Source: Pristiophorus japonicus
Taxonomy: Eukaryota
Direction: 5' to 3'
NCBI RefSeq assembly: GCF_044704955.1
Contig: NW_027252691.1
Location: 1 to 64,000 of the forward strand
Length of the DNA stretch: 64,000 bases
A model generated the notes under the pieces. That model was not told the origin of the DNA and searched no databases. It saw nothing but the letters and a program-made list of their open reading frames with translations. Position numbers and translations under genes: made by a program. How positions within the stretch are numbered: position 1 is the first letter of the stretch; each line of letters starts with the position of its first letter. Positions 57,726-64,000 of this stretch are shown here, one piece after another.

Positions 57726-57915
57726 CCCCAGGAGGTCCCCCCCCCGACCCAGGAGGTTACCCCCCCCCTCCCAGGAGGTTACCCCGCCCGGCCCAGGAGG
57801 TTCCTCCCCCGTCCCCCCAGGAGGTTACCCCGCCCGGCCCAGGAGGTTACCCCCCCCCCCCTCCCAGGAGGTTACTCTCCCCCTCCCCCCCAGGAGGTTA
57901 CCCCCCGCCCCCAGG
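57726..57915. repeat. CCCAGGAGGTTACCCC minisatellite, left part (resumes at 58845-58912)
   Basis: Tandem copies on both sides of a CR1. Confidence 0.88.
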
Positions 57916-57916
57916 G

Positions 57917-58840
57917 GATTAGTGGGAAAGCGGGTTGTGTAGAGGACACAGAGAGGCTGCAAAGAGATTTGGATAGGTTAAGCGAATGGGCTAAGGTTTG
58001 GCAGATGGAATACAATGTCGGAAAGTGTGAGGTCATCCACCTTGGGAAAAAAACAGTAAAAGGGAATATTATTTGAATGGGGAGAAATTACAACATGCTG
58101 CGGTGCAGAGGGACCTGGGGGTCCTTGTGCATGAATCCCAAAAAGTTAGTTTGCAGGTGCAGCAGGTAATCAGGAAGGCGAATGGAATGTTGGCCTTCAT
58201 TGCGAGAGGGATGGAGTACAAAAGCAGGGAGGTCCTGCTGCAACTGTATAGGGTATTGGTGAGGCCGCACCTGGAGTACTGCGTGCAGTTTTGCTCACCT
58301 TACTTAAGGAAGGATATACTGGCTTTGGAGAGGGTACAGAGACGATTCACTAGGCTGATTCCGGAGATGAGGGGGTTACCTTATGATGACAGATTGAGTA
58401 GACTGGGTCTTTACTCGTTGGAGTTCAGGAGGATGAGGGGTGATCTTATAGAAACATTTAAAATAATGAAAGGGATAGACAAGATAGAGGCAGAGAGGTT
58501 GTTGCCACTGGTCGGGGAGACTAGAACTAGGGGGCACAGCCTCAAAATACGGGGGAGCCAATTTAAAACTGAGCTGAGAAGGAATTTCTTCTCCCAGAGG
58601 GTTGTGAATCTGTGGAATTCTCTGCCCAAGGAAGCAGTATGAGGCTAGCTCATTGAATGTATTCAAGTCACAGATAGATAGATTTTTAACCAATAAGGGA
58701 ATTAAGGGTTACGGGGAGTGGGCGGGTAAGTGGAACTGAGTCCACGGCCAGATCAGCCATGATCTTGTTGAATGGTGGAGCAGGCTCGAGGGGCTAGATG
58801 GCCTACTCCTGTTCCTAATTCTTATGTTCTTATGTTCTTA
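57917..58840 (+). mobile_element. 5'-truncated CR1 LINE, third copy of the same young subfamily
   Basis: Near-identical to 40325-40544 plus 41816-42523 and to 48505-49423; (TTCTTATG)n tail. Confidence 0.96.
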
Positions 58841-59279
58841 TTACCAGATTACACCCCCCCCCCCCCGCCAGGAGGTTACCCCTCCCCCATAGGAGGTTAC
58901 CCCTCCCCCAATCAGGGGCACAGGGGAGCGACGCCCCCATCTTGCATTTCTTGGCTTGTAAATTGACGGAGAAAACATAATCAGAACGTCAGGGATCCAC
59001 CCGAGCCGTTTTGGATCCACTCGCTGTAACCCTGAACAACAGATCCCCAGCGGGGACTGCAATGGGGCTGAGCGACATGTTAATAAAATGCAATCCCTGC
59101 TTTGTGAAATGCAGCGAGAGATGCAGACTGCTGAGTGAAATGGGAGAAATGCTGGTTTGCTCAGAGCCCCCATGTAGGGTTGTGCATCGATCTGTGACAT
59201 CGAGCACACACTGAGGCAATGAGGACCCCTCCTCACCATTCACAGCGAGCCCAGTGTCCAATCTCTCCATGGTCTCACC

Positions 59280-59650
59280 TCTCCCTCATCTCTCTATCCT
59301 TCTCCAGCCCTACAGCCCCTCCGGGAACCCTGCATTCCTCAACTCTGGCCTCTTGTACATCCTGCACTCCCATCGCCCCAAAACTGTCAGCCACCCGTGG
59401 CTTCAGCCCCGTGTCTGGGCCCGAACCTCAGGAACTCCCTCCTAAACCTCATGGCTTGTCACCCTCTCTCTCCCTGGGACACAGCCTGCCCCGTGACCCA
59501 GCTTTTGGTCACTCTCCTTCTTTCTCCTGCTTCACAATATTCCCACATTACAACACTGACTACAGACAGTGCTTCATTGGCTGGAAAGCGCTTTGAGGCG
59601 TCCGGTGCTGGTGACAGGCGCTATATAAATGCAAGTCTTTCCTTCCTTTG
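59280..59650 (+). mobile_element. Degenerate L2 3' fragment followed by a DeuSINE tail
   Basis: CTCCAGCCCTACA...CTCTGGCCTCTTG resembles 55030-55200; CTTCATTGGCTG.AAAGCGCTTTG...GGCGCTATATAAATGCAAG matches 53660-53720. Confidence 0.7.
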
Positions 59651-59944
59651 GCTCGGTGACAATTTTTGTCTGCGTCAATTTGAACGGGAATACCTCCACA
59701 ACACATGTTCTAAACCATCACATATTTAAAATTCATCAAAAGGAAATGTAATTATTAAAAACAAAAATTTAATTTTTTGAAAAATAAATTTACATATTTT
59801 AAAGGGTCCACAAATAAACTTACCTTATTTAATAGGATTTTAAATGTTTAAATTATTGAAAATGCATTTTTCTGTCCTTTAAAAGTCTTATGCTGATTAA
59901 AGCAGGCCTTACACCTGCTTCTATCACTTGGAAAAATTGTTGGT

Positions 59945-60290
59945 CCTGGGGCAGGGGGCCAGGGGCAGGGGGCCAGGGGCCGGGGCAGGGTCAGGAGCCG
60001 GGGCAGAGGGCCAGGGCCCGGGGCAGGGTCAGGAGCCGGGGCAGAGGGCCGGGGCAGGGGGCCTGGGGCAGAGGGCCAGGGCCTGGGGCAGGGTCAGGGG
60101 CTGGGGGCCAGGTCAGGGCCTGGGGCAGGGTCAGGGTCAGGGTCAGGGGCAGGGTCAGGGTCAGGGGCAGGGGCAGAGGCAGGGGCAGGGTCAGGGGCAG
60201 GGTCAGGGGCAGGGGGCAGGGGCAGGGGCAGGGTCAGGGTCAGGGGGCAGGGTCAGGGTCAGGGGGCAGGGTCAGGGGCAGGGCAGGCAG
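59945..60290. repeat. 6-bp-period repeat (GGGGCA/GGGTCA)n
   Basis: Directly visible; GQGQ and RVRV ORFs. Confidence 0.93.
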
Positions 60291-60800
60291 CCCAACTATC
60301 TGCCCGCGGAGGCCCTTTATCCGGATGTGTGCGACCTGTGGCGAGGATTGCTGTGGGTTTGGGCACACGCTGTGAATGCCTAAATCTGCAGCTCACACAC
60401 CCTCGGGGCCAGTGACATCCTTCACACATTCCCCCTTTACACTGGTCTCTCACAGGACCATGGTCACTTCAGAAACCTCGCAGCTCACTGTTCTGAGCGC
60501 TATTCACACACACACATTCACTGTGTGTCACAACTCAGGCAATGTTTACCCTGTGTATATGTAATCTCAACACTGGGAGAGGGAGGAGGCAGGATGGCCA
60601 TCTCTGGGTCAGGATTGAAACCTTTAATGAGTACCGGGAATCACTCCCTCCGGCTGCAGATTGAGCTGCTGTGTGAGCACAGTCTCTGTCTGACAGGACC
60701 GTGTCTTTGATTCATTTAAAGATCGTCTCTGTTCCTCTCCCCGGCATTTTGAACAGAAATGCTGTTGGATTGGGATTGGTCACATTGAGGCTTGTCACAG

Positions 60801-63416
60801 CGTGCAATCAGTGATTCTCAAACCCAGGTGTAGTGTACACCGTGCAATCAGTGATTCTCAAACCCAGGTGTAGTGTACACCGTGCAATCAGTGATTCTCA
60901 AACCCAGGTGTAGTGTACACCGTGTATAGTCAGTAATTCTCAAACCCAGGTATAGTGTACAGCGTGCAATCAGTGATTCTCAAACCCAGGTGTAGTGTAC
61001 ACCGTGTATAGTCAGTGATTCTCAAACCCAGGTGTAGTGTACACCGTGTATAGTCAGTGATTCTCAAACCCAGGTATAGTGTACACCGTGTATAGTCAGT
61101 GATTCTCAAACCCAGGTGTAGTGTACAGCGTGTGTAATCAGTGATTCTCAAACCCAGGTGTTGTATACACCGTGTATAGTCAGTGATTCTCAAACCCAGG
61201 TGTAGTGTACACCGTGCAATCAGTGATTCTCAAACCCAGGTGTAGTGTACACCGTGTATAGTCAGTGATTCTCAAACCCAGGTGTAGTGTACACCGTGTA
61301 TAGTCAGTGATTCTCAAACCCAGGTGTAGTGTACACTGTGTAATCAGTGATTCTCAAACCCAGGTGTAGTGTACACCGTGTATAGTCAGTGATTCTCAAA
61401 CCCAGGTGTAGTGTACACTGTGTAATCAGTGATTCTCAAACCCAGGTGTAGTGTACACCGTGCAATCAGTGATTCTCAAACCCAGGTGTAGTATACACCG
61501 TGTATAGTCAGTGATTCTCAAACCCAGGTTTAATATACACCGTGTATAGTCAGTGATTATCAAACCCAGGTTTAATATACACCGTGTAATCAGTGATTCT
61601 CAAACCCAGGTTTAATATACACTGTATATAGTCAGTGATTGTCAAACCCAGGTTTAATATACACCGTGTATAGTCAGTGATTATCAAACCCAGGTTTAAT
61701 ATACACCGTGCAATCAGTGATTCTCAAACCCAGGTTTAATATACACCGTGTATAGTCAGTGATTCTCAAACCCAGGTGTAATATACACCGTATATAGTCA
61801 GTGATTCTCAAACCCAGGTTTAATATACACCGTATATAGTCAGTGAGTATCAAACCCAGGTGTAATATACACCGTATATAGTCAGTGATTATCAAACCCA
61901 GGTTTAATATACACCATGTATAGTCAGTGATTATCAAACCCAGGTGTAATATACACCGTGTATAGTCAGTGATTCTCAAACCCAGGTGTAATATACACCG
62001 TGTATAGTCAGTGATTCTCAAACCCAGGTGTAATATACACCGTGTATAGTCAGTGATTCTCAAACCCAGGTGTAATATACACCGTGTATAGTCAGTGATT
62101 CTCAAACCCAGGTTTAATATACACTGTATATAGTCAGTGATTCTCAAACCCAGGTGTAATATACACCGTGTATAGTCAGTGATTCTCAAACCCAGGTTTA
62201 ATATACACTGTATATAGTCAGTGATTATCAAACCCAGGTTTAATATACACTGTATATAGTCAGTGATTCTCAAACCCAGGTTTAATATACACCGTGTATA
62301 GTCAGTGATTATCAAACCCAGGTTTAATATACACTGTATATAGTCAGTGATTATCAAACCCAGGTTTAATATACACCGTGTATAGTCAGTGATTATCAAA
62401 CCCAGGTTTAATATACACTGTATATAGTCAGTGATTATCAAACCCAGGTTTAATATACACTGTGTATAATCAGTGATTATCAAACCCAGGTTTAATATAC
62501 ACCGTGTATAGTCAGTGATTATCAAACCCAGGTTTAATATACACTGTATATAGTCAGCGATTATCATACCCAGGTTTAATATACACCGTGTATAGTCAGT
62601 GATTATCAAACACAGGTTTAATATACACCGTATATAGTCAGTGATTCTCAAACCCATGTTTAATATACACCGTATATAGTCAGTGATTATCAAACCCAGG
62701 TTTAATATACACCGTGTATAGTCAGTGATTATCAAACCCAGGTTTAATATACACCGTATATAGTCAGTGATTATCAAACCCAGGTTTAATATACACCGTA
62801 TATAGTCAGTGATTCTCAAACCCAGGTTTAATATACACCGTATATAGTCAGTGATTATCAAACCCAGGTTTAATATACACCGTATATAGTCAGTGATTCT
62901 CAAACCCAGGTTTAATATACACCGTATATAGTCAGTGATTATCAAACCCAGGTTTAATATACACCATGTATAGTCAGTGATTATCAAGCCCAGGTTTAAT
63001 ATACACCGTGTATAGTCAGTGATTATCAAACCCAGGTTTAATATACACCATGTATAGTCAGTGATTATCAAACCCAGGTTTAATATACACCGTATATAGT
63101 CAGTGATTATCAAACCCAGGTTTAATATACACCGTATATAGTCAGTGATTCTCAAACCCAGGTTTAATATACACCGTGTATAGTCAGTGATTATCAAACC
63201 CAGGTTTAATATACACCGTATATAGTCAGTGATTATCAAACCCAGGTTTAATATACACCGTGTATAGTCAGTGATTATCAAACCCAGGTTTAATATACAC
63301 CATGTATAGTCAGTGATTATCAAACCCAGGTTTAATATACACCGTGTATAGTCAGTGATTATCAAACCCAGGTTTAATATACACCGTGTATAGTCAGTGA
63401 TTATCAAACCCAGGTT
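60801..63416. repeat. 40/42-bp minisatellite AAACCCAGGTTTAATATACACCGTGTATAGTCAGTGATTATC
   Basis: About 2.6 kb of tandem copies; 14-aa ORF periodicity. Confidence 0.98.
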
Positions 63417-63732
63417 GAGTCTGCACGGTGCTGATGTTAAATGTTGCGGTTTTTGGAAGGTGCTCAGCCCCTGTCTTGCATCAGTGATCAAGTCTGGACA
63501 TTGAACAGTTCCCAGTGACAGAGGCTCACCCATCATCAGCCCACACAGGGCCGCAATATTCCCCTTGTTATTCCAAAATGATGATATTATTGGGCGAGCG
63601 ACACTTCATTCCGTTTACTCAGGGGGAGGAGGGGAGGGGAATTTATAAAACCACTTCCCAAACTTGAATTCCTTGTGATCATTGAGCTCCTGTCGTTGAC
63701 TGATGTCAGTATCCGGGAGCTGGGTGAATGAT

Positions 63733-64000
63733 ACATAGAAACATAGAAAATAGGTGCAGGAGTATGCCATTCGGCCCTTCGAGCCTGCACCACCATTCAA
63801 TAAGATCATGGCTGATCATTCCTTCAGTACCCCTTTCCGGCTTTCTAACCATACCCCTTGATCCCTTTAGCCGTAAGGGCCACATCTAACTCCCTCTTGA
63901 ATATGTCCAATGAACTGGCATCAACAACTCTCTGTGGCAGGGAATTCCACAGGTTAACAACTCTCTGAGTGAAGAAGTTTCTCCTCATCACAGTCCTAAA
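63733..64000 (-). mobile_element. CR1 LINE 3' end, continuing beyond the window
   Basis: (ACATAGAA)n tail, CR1 3' UTR, reverse complement of FRTVMRRNFFTQRVVNLWNSL...GIKGYG. Confidence 0.92.

Noticed and set aside
58841-59270. Cys-rich minus-strand ORF as the IgW-short tail or another exon
   Set aside because: No convincing acceptor, no adjoining C exon, no recognisable motif and no AATAAA found.
59700-59935. AT-rich island with a small hairpin (AAGCAGG...CCTGCTT) and a minus-strand AG|GTAAG
   Set aside because: Probably a non-autonomous DNA element remnant or MAR-like tract; I could not define its ends or an upstream exon.
34155-63416. CRISPR array interpretation of the 27-, 33-, 39- and 42-bp repeats
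   Set aside because: Head-to-tail units without unique spacers, no cas genes, vertebrate context.
61674-63536. 620-aa ORF with 14-aa LRR-like repeats (ILNLGLIITDYTRC)
   Set aside because: A direct result of a 42-bp unit; too short for an LRR, and the frame is lost where 40-bp units appear.
63587-63725. Possible small exon after ...attcacccag
   Set aside because: The phase-1 frame stops after four codons and the other frames resemble no Ig sequence; the pyrimidine tract comes from a CR1 tail.

Overview
Repeat-rich vertebrate genomic DNA, almost certainly from a cartilaginous fish. The only real gene is the 3' half of an immunoglobulin heavy-chain cluster on the minus strand, most likely IgW (IgNAR is the alternative). 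It has four C1-set constant exons (56492-56794, 56096-56413, 52131-52451, 50120-50502, the last carrying the secretory tail), a TM1 exon (43165-43307), a TM2 exon (37084-37095, V-Q-Q-stop) and separate secretory and membrane AATAAA signals. All splice sites are GT-AG and phase-compatible. V/D/J and the first C exons are not in the window and would lie beyond 64000. The introns are filled with CR1, L2, Tx1 and Vingi-like LINE remnants, DeuSINEs and about ten unrelated minisatellites. Downstream of the gene, positions 1-32135 are one very large G-rich satellite built on a ~15-nt unit (GAGAG[A/T]GAGTCGGGG). Almost all long ORFs in the ORF track are repeat artefacts. The most notable observations are an S-mu-like (GAGCT + GGGGT) array between the secretory and TM exons, the 32-kb satellite with kb-scale higher-order structure, three near-identical CR1 copies each sitting inside a different minisatellite, an in-frame stop-free 78-nt intron, and candidate NF-kB-containing enhancers. 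None of these is proven to be a new system from sequence alone.
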